Below are positions 19,847-28,096 of a DNA stretch of 64,000 nucleotides, piece after piece. Position 1 is the stretch's first letter. Every line of letters starts with the position of its first letter. The position numbers and the translations under genes are program-made. The stretch is from positions 4,434 through 68,433 of the forward strand of contig CAYYKL010000005.1 of the NCBI GenBank assembly GCA_964441155.1. The letters are read 5' to 3'. The notes below the pieces were generated by a model. The model had not been told where the DNA came from and searched no databases. It was given only the letters and a program-made list of their open reading frames with translations. The DNA comes from an uncultured Pseudomonadales bacterium. Lineage in GTDB: Bacteria; Patescibacteriota; Microgenomatia; UBA1400; RBG-16-45-19.

Positions 19847-19912
19847 TGTTCGAGATTCATCGAGAACTAATTGCGCAGACTATACAAGACTTCTCGCAGA
19901 CACTCGAAGACA
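19847..19912 (+). repeat. Dispersed palindromic repeat, family A copy 4
   Basis: TGTTCGAGATTCATCGAGAACT..ACTTCTCG..CTCGAAGA. Confidence 0.8.
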
Positions 19913-19952
19913 AATGCTTTTTGAGAATATGGCATTAGCGTTGGATATTGCA

Positions 19953-20729
19953 TTACAAATCAGCAATAATTCCGGTGAGCAATTGAACCATTTGCTTAGA
20001 ACTTGAGTTCGCAGCAGCTAAAACATCCTCATGAGCATGTTGCACAAAAGCCAAATTAGTCACAAACGACAATCCCAATACGTTAAGCTCAAGAGCGCGA
20101 GCCATAATCGTTTCGGGCACCGTGCTCATGCCCACCACATCGGCACCCAAGTGATGCAGTGCCATTTTATCGGCTGGGGTTTCAAAATGGGGCCCGTGCA
20201 TGTAGGCGTAAATGCCTTCGCGATAAGGCAGAGATTCGCGCGCACAGATCTTTTTGGCCACAAGCCGCAAATCTTGATTGAATGCTTGCGACATATCGAT
20301 AAACTGCGGTCCTACCAGCGGGTTTGAGGGCAAAAAGAGGGTGAGCACGTCGGAGAGAATGACGAAATCTCCAACGAGATACGACTCATTGAGCGCTCCT
20401 GATGCCGACGTCACAATGAGTTGCTTAATCCCTGCTTGCGCAAAGACTCGGATGGGCAGTGTTGCCTCTTGCGCAGCATAGCCTTCATAGAGATGGAGTC
20501 TGCCCTGCATGAAAGCCACTCGCTTTTCAGCAATTCTAGCAACGACGAGTTTTCCTTCGTGACCCGGCACCGTGGCACTTACGCCAAATAATTCTTTGTA
20601 GGAAATTTCTGTCTCAATTTCTGCCCCAACAAGCACTTGATTCCAACCTGTGCCAAGCATGAAAAGCAATGAGGGGAATTTTTTGATTTTCGATTGGACA
20701 ATCGACAGCGATTCTTGTTCTGAAAGCAT
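19953..20729 (-). CDS. punA: Purine-nucleoside phosphorylase (trimeric type)
   Basis: TVPGHEG, QGRLHLYEGY, GPHFETPA, GADVVGMSTVPE. Confidence 0.93.
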   Translation of the reverse strand: MLSEQESLSIVQSKIKKFPSLLFMLGTGWNQVLVGAEIETEISYKELFGVSATVPGHEGKLVVARIAEKRVAFMQGRLHLYEGYAAQEATLPIRVFAQAGIKQLIVTSASGALNESYLVGDFVILSDVLTLFLPSNPLVGPQFIDMSQAFNQDLRLVAKKICARESLPYREGIYAYMHGPHFETPADKMALHHLGADVVGMSTVPETIMARALELNVLGLSFVTNLAFVQHAHEDVLAAANSSSKQMVQLLTGIIADL

Positions 20730-20746
20730 GGTTGCTCGTATTGTAC

Positions 20747-21634
20747 CTACCGCAATCGGTTTATGTCATCCCGCAGTTTTTTAGCCTCTTCTCGAGGATT
20801 ATCTGAAAAAATAATGCTTCTTGAAGCTGAGATCAAAAGTCCTTGCTTGTCCTTTGTTAAGCCTGCAAGCATCACCTGCTCCAAATCTCCGCCTTGCGCT
20901 CCAATGCCCGGAACAAGTAACCACATGTCGCCAACAATACCTCTGACCCTTTTCAATTCTTGCGGATACGTTGCCCCAACAACCAACATACAATTTCCAT
21001 TTACATTCCATTCTTGCGAAACTTTATGTGCTACAGATTCCCACAGTGGCGCTCTATTTGACACAGTGTGTAGGCTTTTCATACGCACTGTGTCATCCTG
21101 AGCGAGTAGAGAAACTGCTTGTTTCTCGACAGTCGAAGGATTACCTTCAACTATCAGATCTTGCAGCTCCCCTGCTCCTGGATTACTCGTGCGACATAAG
21201 ATTATGCTTCCTTTGTCAGATCGCTTGAGGAATGGCTGCAGTGCCTCTTGACCTAAATATGGGTGCAGTGTGACCGCATCACAGTTCAAATAATCAAAGA
21301 TTCCTGCAGCGTAGGCTTCGCTGGTGTCCGCAATGTCTCCTCGCTTTGCATCAGCGATAATCAAATGCTCTGAGTTATTCGCTTTAATAAATCGAATTAC
21401 TTTTTCCAACTGTTCATAGCCAGTTGGTCCTAATGCTTCAAAGTAGGCAAACTGGATTTTATAGACTCCAGTGAATTCATGCGTTTGCTCCACAATCCAT
21501 TTGCAGAATTCAAACAGGGGCTCGCTTGTTTCAAGGAATTTCTTTGGCAATAATTTGATGTTGGGATCAAGCCCAACACACAGAAGTGAATTATGAATTT
21601 GGATCGTTTTAATAAGTTTTTCTGCAAAGTTCAT
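20747..21634 (-). CDS. pyrF: Orotidine-5'-phosphate decarboxylase carrying a ~30-aa insertion
   Basis: LCVGLDP, DAKRGDI, RTSNPG, VVGAT, LVPGIGAQGG, SRSI. Confidence 0.96.
   Translation of the reverse strand: MNFAEKLIKTIQIHNSLLCVGLDPNIKLLPKKFLETSEPLFEFCKWIVEQTHEFTGVYKIQFAYFEALGPTGYEQLEKVIRFIKANNSEHLIIADAKRGDIADTSEAYAAGIFDYLNCDAVTLHPYLGQEALQPFLKRSDKGSIILCRTSNPGAGELQDLIVEGNPSTVEKQAVSLLAQDDTVRMKSLHTVSNRAPLWESVAHKVSQEWNVNGNCMLVVGATYPQELKRVRGIVGDMWLLVPGIGAQGGDLEQVMLAGLTKDKQGLLISASRSIIFSDNPREEAKKLRDDINRLR
21059..21140. repeat. 82-nt double-hairpin element, family B, in frame inside pyrF
   Basis: TGACACAGTG..CACTGTGTCA then TCCTGAGCG..GAGAAAC/GTTTCTC..CGAAGGA. Confidence 0.8.
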
Positions 21635-21646
21635 ACAATTGAATAG

Positions 21647-22276
21647 TTATATTTCTGTGCCAAAATACCGATCGCCATAGTCTCCCAATCCGGGCACAAT
21701 ATATTTTTTGGCATTGAGATGTGAATCTACCGCTGCCGTGAAGATTTTAATGTTTGGATACTTATTTTGAATGGTTTCGATTCCTTCTGGTGCCACGAGC
21801 ACGCAAACAATGCGAATTTCTTTGGGATTGGCCTTTGCTACGCGCTCCAATAGATGCGCAATAGATCCTCCGGTAGCCAACATTGGATCGGTAACCATTA
21901 CCACAGTGTCTTGCGAAATATGAGGCATTTTCCAATAATATTCTGAAGCAATAGCTGTCTTTTCATCTCGAACCATGCCCACAAATCCAACCTTAGCTTT
22001 GGGCAGCAATTTCAGTGCTCCAAACAACATGCACGTTCCGGAGCGTAAAACCGGCACGATCATAATTTCTTCGGCAAATTTTTCACTCTCAATTTTTGCA
22101 AGTGGTGTGTCTATAGTTGTTTGTTTGAACGTTAAACCTTTAATTGCTTCTGAAAATAACAGCTCACATAACTGATCGCTGTAATGGCGAAATGTTTCAA
22201 TCGACGTATTTTTGTCTCGCAAATGAGTCAAAGAATCGCAGACAAAAGGATTCTGGGAAATATACACGTTTTTCAT
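21647..22276 (-). CDS. upp: Uracil phosphoribosyltransferase
   Basis: VPVLRSG, RDEKT, DPMLATGGS, YIVPGLGDYGDRYFGT. Confidence 0.97.
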   Translation of the reverse strand: MKNVYISQNPFVCDSLTHLRDKNTSIETFRHYSDQLCELLFSEAIKGLTFKQTTIDTPLAKIESEKFAEEIMIVPVLRSGTCMLFGALKLLPKAKVGFVGMVRDEKTAIASEYYWKMPHISQDTVVMVTDPMLATGGSIAHLLERVAKANPKEIRIVCVLVAPEGIETIQNKYPNIKIFTAAVDSHLNAKKYIVPGLGDYGDRYFGTEI

Positions 22277-22920
22277 GATTGCCTAGTTCGTGATTCTTGC
22301 CACTTCAAAGGATCTCTCAACCACGATTCCACTGCCTTGCACGCTTTGGCATCAATAATCTGCTCATCAATCGCTCGTGGCAAGATTTGCTCAAACGAAG
22401 TCAGGGTGTGCAGCGCAACATTCGCTTCAGCAAAACTCTCAGTAGCTGCACTAAAACCATAACTCGTGATCGCAATACAATCGTGCACGGTTGCACCCTC
22501 GTCACGCAGCGCGCTAACTCCCGCCAAGCTACTTCCTCCTGTAGTTATGTGATCCTCAAGCAACAATACTTTTTTACCACGCACCTCACCGCCTTCAATC
22601 ATTTTTTTGGTGCCGTGATCCTTGGCACTTTTTCGCACAAACACCGATGGCACTTCAAGGGCATAGCCCAAAGCGGCAGAGTGTGGGATTCCAGCTGTTT
22701 CGATGCCGGCTATGACCTCAAAGTTGAGATTCTTTTCTTTTATGAGCTGTCTAAAACCCTCAATAATCACTTTCCAAGCTTGAGGGTGATGCGGAAATCG
22801 CCGGTTATCAATATAAACAGGCGAAACGATTCCCGACTTAAAGGTGATCGGATTATCGACCACAAATCCCACCGCTTTAATTGATAAAAGTGCTTGCGCA
22901 ACGTTTTGAGCATAGTTCAT
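22273..22920 (-). CDS. pyrE: Orotate phosphoribosyltransferase
   Basis: SGIVSPVYIDNR, VRKSAKDHG, LEDHITTGGS. Confidence 0.95.
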   Translation of the reverse strand: MNYAQNVAQALLSIKAVGFVVDNPITFKSGIVSPVYIDNRRFPHHPQAWKVIIEGFRQLIKEKNLNFEVIAGIETAGIPHSAALGYALEVPSVFVRKSAKDHGTKKMIEGGEVRGKKVLLLEDHITTGGSSLAGVSALRDEGATVHDCIAITSYGFSAATESFAEANVALHTLTSFEQILPRAIDEQIIDAKACKAVESWLRDPLKWQESRTRQS

Positions 22921-22926
22921 GGATTA

Positions 22927-23988
22927 TTATTCCTTAATTTCTTGAGCTAAATAGGGATTCCACATGGCAGCCGTGGCACTCATAACCGCATCGGCTCCTG
23001 CGCTTCGATAGTTAACATAATCGCTCGCAGATGAAACCCCGCCCACACCAATAATTGAAAAGCTCATGTTGTGCTTTGAGCGAAGTATAGCGAGCCCCGC
23101 AACCATATCCAACCCCGCCCAGCGGATCGATTCGCCACAAATACCACTAACTTCCCTTCCCTTTCCAGGTAATGCTTGCTCTCCAGCTGAAGTAGATACT
23201 CTCGCCGGAATCGTGTTGATTGCAGCTAATCCCTGAACAATTCCGCCAACACTGGTCACCAATGTTTCCAACTGCTCTTGGTTTTCAAAGTAGCCTAATT
23301 TTAGGATGAGAGGAATGTTGCCGATTTCATCTTTGATGGCAGAGGCAATTTCAAGCACACGCGCAGTGTCATAACATAATAAGTGTGCTTTACCTTCGTT
23401 GGGGCAACTAAGGTTCGCTTCCAAAATTTTGGCACCCGTTTCTTTGACTAATCGAGCCGCCAAAACATAGTCTTTGAGGTACGTTTCAAAATTACCATCT
23501 CCCGAAGATGTCCCCTGGAAACTACCTATCATGACTTGACCATGTCCTGCCGATTTCAAAGCTTGCCGCATATCTTCTTGCCAAAATGATGGATCTTTGG
23601 AGGGAACACCGAAGGAATTGGTGATAGAAAGGGGTGACTCATAGTTTTCCTTAGTCACCACTCCATCTGTCAGCGCGCTTAAGGCTAAATCATCCTGAAC
23701 ATCTACTGCCAACACGTTTGGCCAGACTGCACACTCATAGGCTCTGCTGCGGACAGTTTTATAGGTGGCAATGTCAAAGCCTTTGGCAAATGCAGCTTTC
23801 ACAAAATTGGCATTCAAGAGCGGGCCCGCGGGAATTCCGAATGGCTCATAAACAGCAAAGCCCATAAAGCTGTGCTTGGGCTCTCCTATTCGAGCGAGTG
23901 CTTTCCCATCGGCAAAATCACCAAACGGACCCTCAAGAAAATTCGCTTCGTAGGTCTTAGTTGGATCATAAAAAGGTTCATGCATCAT
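22927..23988 (-). CDS. pyrD: Dihydroorotate dehydrogenase family flavoprotein (class 1-like, divergent)
   Basis: YKT, NSFG, EANLSCPN, AINT, SGICG, IIGVGGV; directly upstream of pyrE. Confidence 0.8.
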   Translation of the reverse strand: MMHEPFYDPTKTYEANFLEGPFGDFADGKALARIGEPKHSFMGFAVYEPFGIPAGPLLNANFVKAAFAKGFDIATYKTVRSRAYECAVWPNVLAVDVQDDLALSALTDGVVTKENYESPLSITNSFGVPSKDPSFWQEDMRQALKSAGHGQVMIGSFQGTSSGDGNFETYLKDYVLAARLVKETGAKILEANLSCPNEGKAHLLCYDTARVLEIASAIKDEIGNIPLILKLGYFENQEQLETLVTSVGGIVQGLAAINTIPARVSTSAGEQALPGKGREVSGICGESIRWAGLDMVAGLAILRSKHNMSFSIIGVGGVSSASDYVNYRSAGADAVMSATAAMWNPYLAQEIKE

Positions 23989-24971
23989 GCGCTTAATCCT
24001 AATACTTTTCTGCCATTGGTGGTGGCGATTTTTACAATTGCATCAATGTCAGTTAAGCGGTTTCCCGTGGTAAGTAGCATAAGCTCTTGCCACATATTGC
24101 CATCGCAAAAAGGCACCATATAGTCACAAATATTATCAGTTCCCAGTGCAACCACAATACCGGCTTGAATCAGCTCATCAACTGGTGTGAGCGCATTATG
24201 AAAAGGTTGCATAACTTCTTTGCGTGGGCTATCGATCCATGCCACGGGGCAAGCAATCACCATCATGCCCGCTTGTTTCATAAGCGAGTAGACTTTTTGG
24301 CGATACGCTTTCGGGTGAGCCGCCAAGGAAATTGAGTGAATCGCAACTACTCTACCCTCCATCCCGTGTTCAATCGTTTTTTTTGCAAGTAGTTCAGTTT
24401 CCGTATCCTCGGTAGTATTAAATTGATCCACATGCACCTGAACCAGCTTTCCTTGCTTTTTCCCTGCCTTGAGCAAAATATCAATATGCTCTGCCCCTTT
24501 GCCATAATCTCGCTCATCTCGCTTGGGCAATCCACCAATAATATCAACTTGCTCGCAGGCCACATCAAACCACTTTCGGGCACTGGGCTCAATAACGCCT
24601 TTGAGCGTTTGATTAGCCAACACCAATTCGATTTTCCCTTTATATGCTTCTCGGGCCTTGATTGCTCCCCGCAACGCTCTGTCTTCGCAAATGGGATCTA
24701 CATCGACGAAAGACCCAAGAACCTTCACCTCTTGCTCCAGCATCACCTCAATCGCCATCGACATTCTCCGATAATAATCATCGACCGTGGCATTTTTTTT
24801 GACCACATCAACCAGATCCCATTTTTCTTCTAAAGAATGTTTGCGATAATTATCGAGAGTGTCTGGGTTGACGGTAAAGGCTCTGTCAGCGTGAGCATGA
24901 GCATTCACCCAGCCGCCGTTTTTAGTAATTTCTTCTAAAATGAGGGGTTTAAAGGAAAAGGGTTTTTTCAT
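23985..24971 (-). CDS. Cytosine-deaminase-family amidohydrolase with atypical active site
   Basis: NAHAHAD, VHVDQ, AIHSISL, GTDNI metal ligands. Confidence 0.85.
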   Translation of the reverse strand: MKKPFSFKPLILEEITKNGGWVNAHAHADRAFTVNPDTLDNYRKHSLEEKWDLVDVVKKNATVDDYYRRMSMAIEVMLEQEVKVLGSFVDVDPICEDRALRGAIKAREAYKGKIELVLANQTLKGVIEPSARKWFDVACEQVDIIGGLPKRDERDYGKGAEHIDILLKAGKKQGKLVQVHVDQFNTTEDTETELLAKKTIEHGMEGRVVAIHSISLAAHPKAYRQKVYSLMKQAGMMVIACPVAWIDSPRKEVMQPFHNALTPVDELIQAGIVVALGTDNICDYMVPFCDGNMWQELMLLTTGNRLTDIDAIVKIATTNGRKVLGLSA

Positions 24972-24980
24972 GGTTTCTCC

Positions 24981-26600
24981 TTACAAATTCCCAAATTTTG
25001 ATCGATAGAGCTTGTCGATGTGTCGCTTGGCTGTATCCACCGTGGTAAACAGAGGCACATTTTCGTCAATCGCCTTAGCTCGAATTCGTTTGCCATCCGT
25101 ACCCTCAGTTTTGTCAGAGACTGATGTAGGCACACATACCACCAGATCAAATCGTCGCTCATCCAGTAGGTTGGACAAGTTGGGCGATTCATTCTCGTGA
25201 ATTTTGTAAACGAGAAAGTTGGTTATTCCTTGTTCAAGCAAGTAGTGATGCGTGTTTTGGGTGGCGAAAATTTGGAAACCCAATTCTTGCAGCTGCCCAG
25301 CACTCTCAAGCATTTTCTTTTTGTTTTCGGTTTTGCCGATAGACAGCAGTGCACTTTTTTCGCCACGCTGTTGGGCAAGGCGCATTTGCATCGAATAGAC
25401 TTCAATGAAAGGTGCTGCCGTCATCACATTAAAGGGCGCAGCTTTCGCGTTTGTGTTATCGAACGACACATGATGTAGACCATGTGGAGAGGTGAGTGCA
25501 ACCACGGTTGCATGCCCTTTAAATAATTGAACTTTAACCACACCGTCCACTTTTTCATTAATTTTGTCGTTGTAGGCTCTCATATCATCCATCGCGGGGT
25601 CATACCAGAGAGCGCCATAGGTTAAGTAGCCAAACTTGATGTCCATGGTTTCTTTAAGTTCGTTTTCAAGACGAGTGCACACGTATTTCTCCAAGTTTTT
25701 GTGCGCTTTGATGATGATGTGCGCTCCAGGATGCTCGTAAATCCCGCGAGTTTTTAATCCAACCAACCGATCTTCAACGTGATACTCGACTCCTACGCCA
25801 TGTTTGCCGCCGATTTTGTTGAGCTGCATAATAAGCTCGCTAAGGGGGAGTGTTTTGCCATTAAGTTTTTTCGGAATCCCCCGAGCAAACTCAAGCTCCA
25901 CCATTTCTGCCTTGTCGGGCGTTTTATCAATCGTTCTGCAAGCAGTCAAAAACTTTTCAATTGGCGGCACCAATGAGGGATCTTCAATCTCGCCACCTTC
26001 CCAGGTCATTCCCCACATATTATCATCATCGCTGTAGGGGAAATCTTTGCGCACGCGGACAGGAATTTTGTGTTTCAGCGCATAGTCGATTTGCTCATCG
26101 CGACTCATGTTCCACTCACGCACAGGAGCAATAATTTTCATAGCCGGATTCAGGGTCAACACACTGCCGTCCAGGCGCACTTGATCGTTGCCCTTGCCAG
26201 TGCACCCGTGGGCCACGGTGTCAGCATTTTCGCGCGCGGCAATCACTATTGCCCATTTGGCCATAAGATAGCGGCTAACCGTGGAAATGTAGTAATTGCC
26301 CTGATAGGCCGCATTGGCTTTGATCATGTGAGAAAGGTAGTCGGCAGCGAATTCTTGCTTGGCATCGATGACATAGGCTTTGACCGCCCCCAGCTTAAGT
26401 GCCTTTGCTTTAATCGCTTCGAGATCATCACCTTGTTGCCCCAGGTCAAGTGTCAGGGCTATTACTTCTGCCTGGTATTTGTCTTGTAACCACTTGAGCA
26501 TCATGCTGGTATCTAATCCTCCGGAATACAAAAGCACCACTTTTTTAATTTCGCCTTCGCGGGCTTCGTAGCTTGAGACTTTGGTGTAAACGGTTTGCAT
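24981..26600 (-). CDS. argG: Argininosuccinate synthase fused to a C-terminal MGS-like domain
   Basis: YSGGLDTS, HGCTGKGNDQVR, PYSDDDNMWG..EGG, EDRLVGLKTRGIYE; last ~125 aa (LLSI..IFATQNT..DG..IRAKA..VPLFTT) resemble the CarB MGS domain. Confidence 0.93.
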   Translation of the reverse strand: MQTVYTKVSSYEAREGEIKKVVLLYSGGLDTSMMLKWLQDKYQAEVIALTLDLGQQGDDLEAIKAKALKLGAVKAYVIDAKQEFAADYLSHMIKANAAYQGNYYISTVSRYLMAKWAIVIAARENADTVAHGCTGKGNDQVRLDGSVLTLNPAMKIIAPVREWNMSRDEQIDYALKHKIPVRVRKDFPYSDDDNMWGMTWEGGEIEDPSLVPPIEKFLTACRTIDKTPDKAEMVELEFARGIPKKLNGKTLPLSELIMQLNKIGGKHGVGVEYHVEDRLVGLKTRGIYEHPGAHIIIKAHKNLEKYVCTRLENELKETMDIKFGYLTYGALWYDPAMDDMRAYNDKINEKVDGVVKVQLFKGHATVVALTSPHGLHHVSFDNTNAKAAPFNVMTAAPFIEVYSMQMRLAQQRGEKSALLSIGKTENKKKMLESAGQLQELGFQIFATQNTHHYLLEQGITNFLVYKIHENESPNLSNLLDERRFDLVVCVPTSVSDKTEGTDGKRIRAKAIDENVPLFTTVDTAKRHIDKLYRSKFGNL

Positions 26601-26629
26601 AATCGTGTTCCTTTCAAGGATAAATTGGC

Positions 26630-26654
26630 AAAAAAAAGAGGCTTATAAAGCCTC
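26630..26654 (-). terminator. Intrinsic terminator within the argG leader
   Basis: GAGGCT-TTATA-AGCCTC followed by T8, 30 nt before the argG start. Confidence 0.75.
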
Positions 26655-26659
26655 AGCTG

Positions 26660-26728
26660 TCATTCATAAGTGATTTCTGCAGTTTCCCGCGCAGTGAACG
26701 TAATTGGTGGGTTAGAGTTTTGGCGCAT
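26660..26728 (-). CDS. Putative 22-aa leader peptide MRQNSNPPITFTARETAEITYE
   Basis: Short ORF ending 5 nt before the leader terminator. Confidence 0.3.
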   Translation of the reverse strand: MRQNSNPPITFTARETAEITYE

Positions 26729-26833
26729 AAAAAATCCGGAGGTAAGTGTTAAAGCTTAAATTGCTTTAACCGGCTCCGGGATTAAACTGTAGCAAAGGCA
26801 ACGGAAGCTCGTCAATGGGGCAAAAAATACGAT

Positions 26834-27088
26834 CTAATAATGATATCGACAGGCAATTATAACTACTACATCTTGTTTAACTTGATAAACCAACCGATGT
26901 TCACTATCAATTCGTCTGGACCAACACCCGTGCAAATTGGCTTTAAGCAACTCTGGTTTCCCTGAGCCAACAAAAGGGTTTTTTGCTGTTTCTTTAATAA
27001 GTGTGTTGATACGTCTCAATTGTTTCTTGTCGGTTGTAAGCCAGTATTGATAGTCACCCCAAGCACGAGGAGTAAAAAGAATATTCAT
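26834..27088 (-). CDS. yoeB: Txe/YoeB family toxin
   Basis: AWGDYQYW, GKPELLK, WSRRIDSEHRLVY, CRYHY. Confidence 0.95.
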   Translation of the reverse strand: MNILFTPRAWGDYQYWLTTDKKQLRRINTLIKETAKNPFVGSGKPELLKANLHGCWSRRIDSEHRLVYQVKQDVVVIIACRYHY

Positions 27089-27097
27089 GCTATAGCA

Positions 27098-27352
27098 CTA
27101 CACTTCAATCAACTTCTTTCGTAATATATTGACTTCACGAACTTGTGCAAGCGACTCAAGAAGATGTTTTTTGTTTGCTTCACTGACTAATAAATAATTC
27201 GTTTCTTGCCAAGCATTGAAGTCGTCAATCGACACCATCACCACATTTTCGCGGTTTTTGCGCGTAACAATTAAGGGCTCCCGATTTTGAAAGACTGAGT
27301 CCATGTGACGTTTGAGATTTTTTCTGAGGTCAGAGTACGTAATTGCGTTCAT
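27098..27352 (-). CDS. yefM: YefM/Phd family antitoxin
   Basis: ITYSDLRKNLK, PLIVTRK, WQETNYLL. Confidence 0.93.
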   Translation of the reverse strand: MNAITYSDLRKNLKRHMDSVFQNREPLIVTRKNRENVVMVSIDDFNAWQETNYLLVSEANKKHLLESLAQVREVNILRKKLIEV

Positions 27353-27358
27353 AATTAC

Positions 27359-27376
27359 GTACAATATAGCGTACAA
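27359..27376. promoter_or_regulatory. yefM-yoeB operator
   Basis: Two GTACAA cores 12 bp apart, as in the TGTACA L/S repeats of yefM-yoeB promoters. Confidence 0.6.
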
Positions 27377-27407
27377 TTGCTATGTGGTCAATGTGTCGTG
27401 CGAGGAT

Positions 27408-28040
27408 TTAAAGTATCCGTGTCTCAATGGTCTGCCAAATAGCTTCTGCAACAGCATCAAGATCAACGCTCGCATCAATTACCACCCACCGGTTGTGATC
27501 GTTTGATTTAGCCAGACTCAGATAGGCATCTCGCACTTTTTGGTGAAAAGTTTTAGTTTCCATATCCAGGCGATTCGATTCGCCCGTATCGTTGCGGCGT
27601 TTCAAGCCCAAATCAACCGGCACATCCAGAAGCAAGGTTAAATCGGGATAGGTATTATTCGTGGAAATATTGTTGAGATTTTCGATAAGCTCCACCCCAA
27701 AATCGCGCACAATGCCTTGATACACAACCGATGAATCGCGGGTCCTGTCCATAAGCACCACTTTGCCGGCTTTTATGGAAGGCAGCACCAATTCTCGATA
27801 GAGTTGTGCTCGAGCTGCTTGGAATAGCAATACTTCGGCAGTGTAGGCAATGCCGATATTTTTTGCTGAGAGCACCACTTCACGGATTTGTTCCGAGATT
27901 ACCGTGCCACCAGGCTCGCGCACAATCACCACATCGGATCCTGCTTGCGTCAATTTGTCCCGCAAGCGCTTAGTTTGCAGGGTTTTTCCCGCACCCTCTC
28001 CGCCTTCGAATGAAATAAGATAGCCTTTTTGTGTCTTCAT
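27408..28040 (-). CDS. tmk: Thymidylate kinase
   Basis: FEGGEGAGKT, REPGGT, DR, YQG, PDLT. Confidence 0.96.
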   Translation of the reverse strand: MKTQKGYLISFEGGEGAGKTLQTKRLRDKLTQAGSDVVIVREPGGTVISEQIREVVLSAKNIGIAYTAEVLLFQAARAQLYRELVLPSIKAGKVVLMDRTRDSSVVYQGIVRDFGVELIENLNNISTNNTYPDLTLLLDVPVDLGLKRRNDTGESNRLDMETKTFHQKVRDAYLSLAKSNDHNRWVVIDASVDLDAVAEAIWQTIETRIL

Positions 28041-28096
28041 GAGCGTAATAAAGTGTAACCAAAGAATGCACAAATACCAAGGGCAAATTTTGTTAC

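Noticed and set aside
21096-21140. Hammerhead ribozyme (CUGA...GAA) in the family B element
   Set aside because: Lacks the full CUGANGA core and a three-way junction with a cleavage triplet.
22297-22884. Long antisense ORFs (e.g. 22297-22884, 39102-39740, 59087-59545)
   Set aside because: Shadow frames of well-supported genes, with no motifs or start signals.
26733-26790. PyrR-binding loop in the argG leader
   Set aside because: AAUCCCGGAGCC does not match ARUCCNGNGAGGYU, and no pyrR is recognisable.
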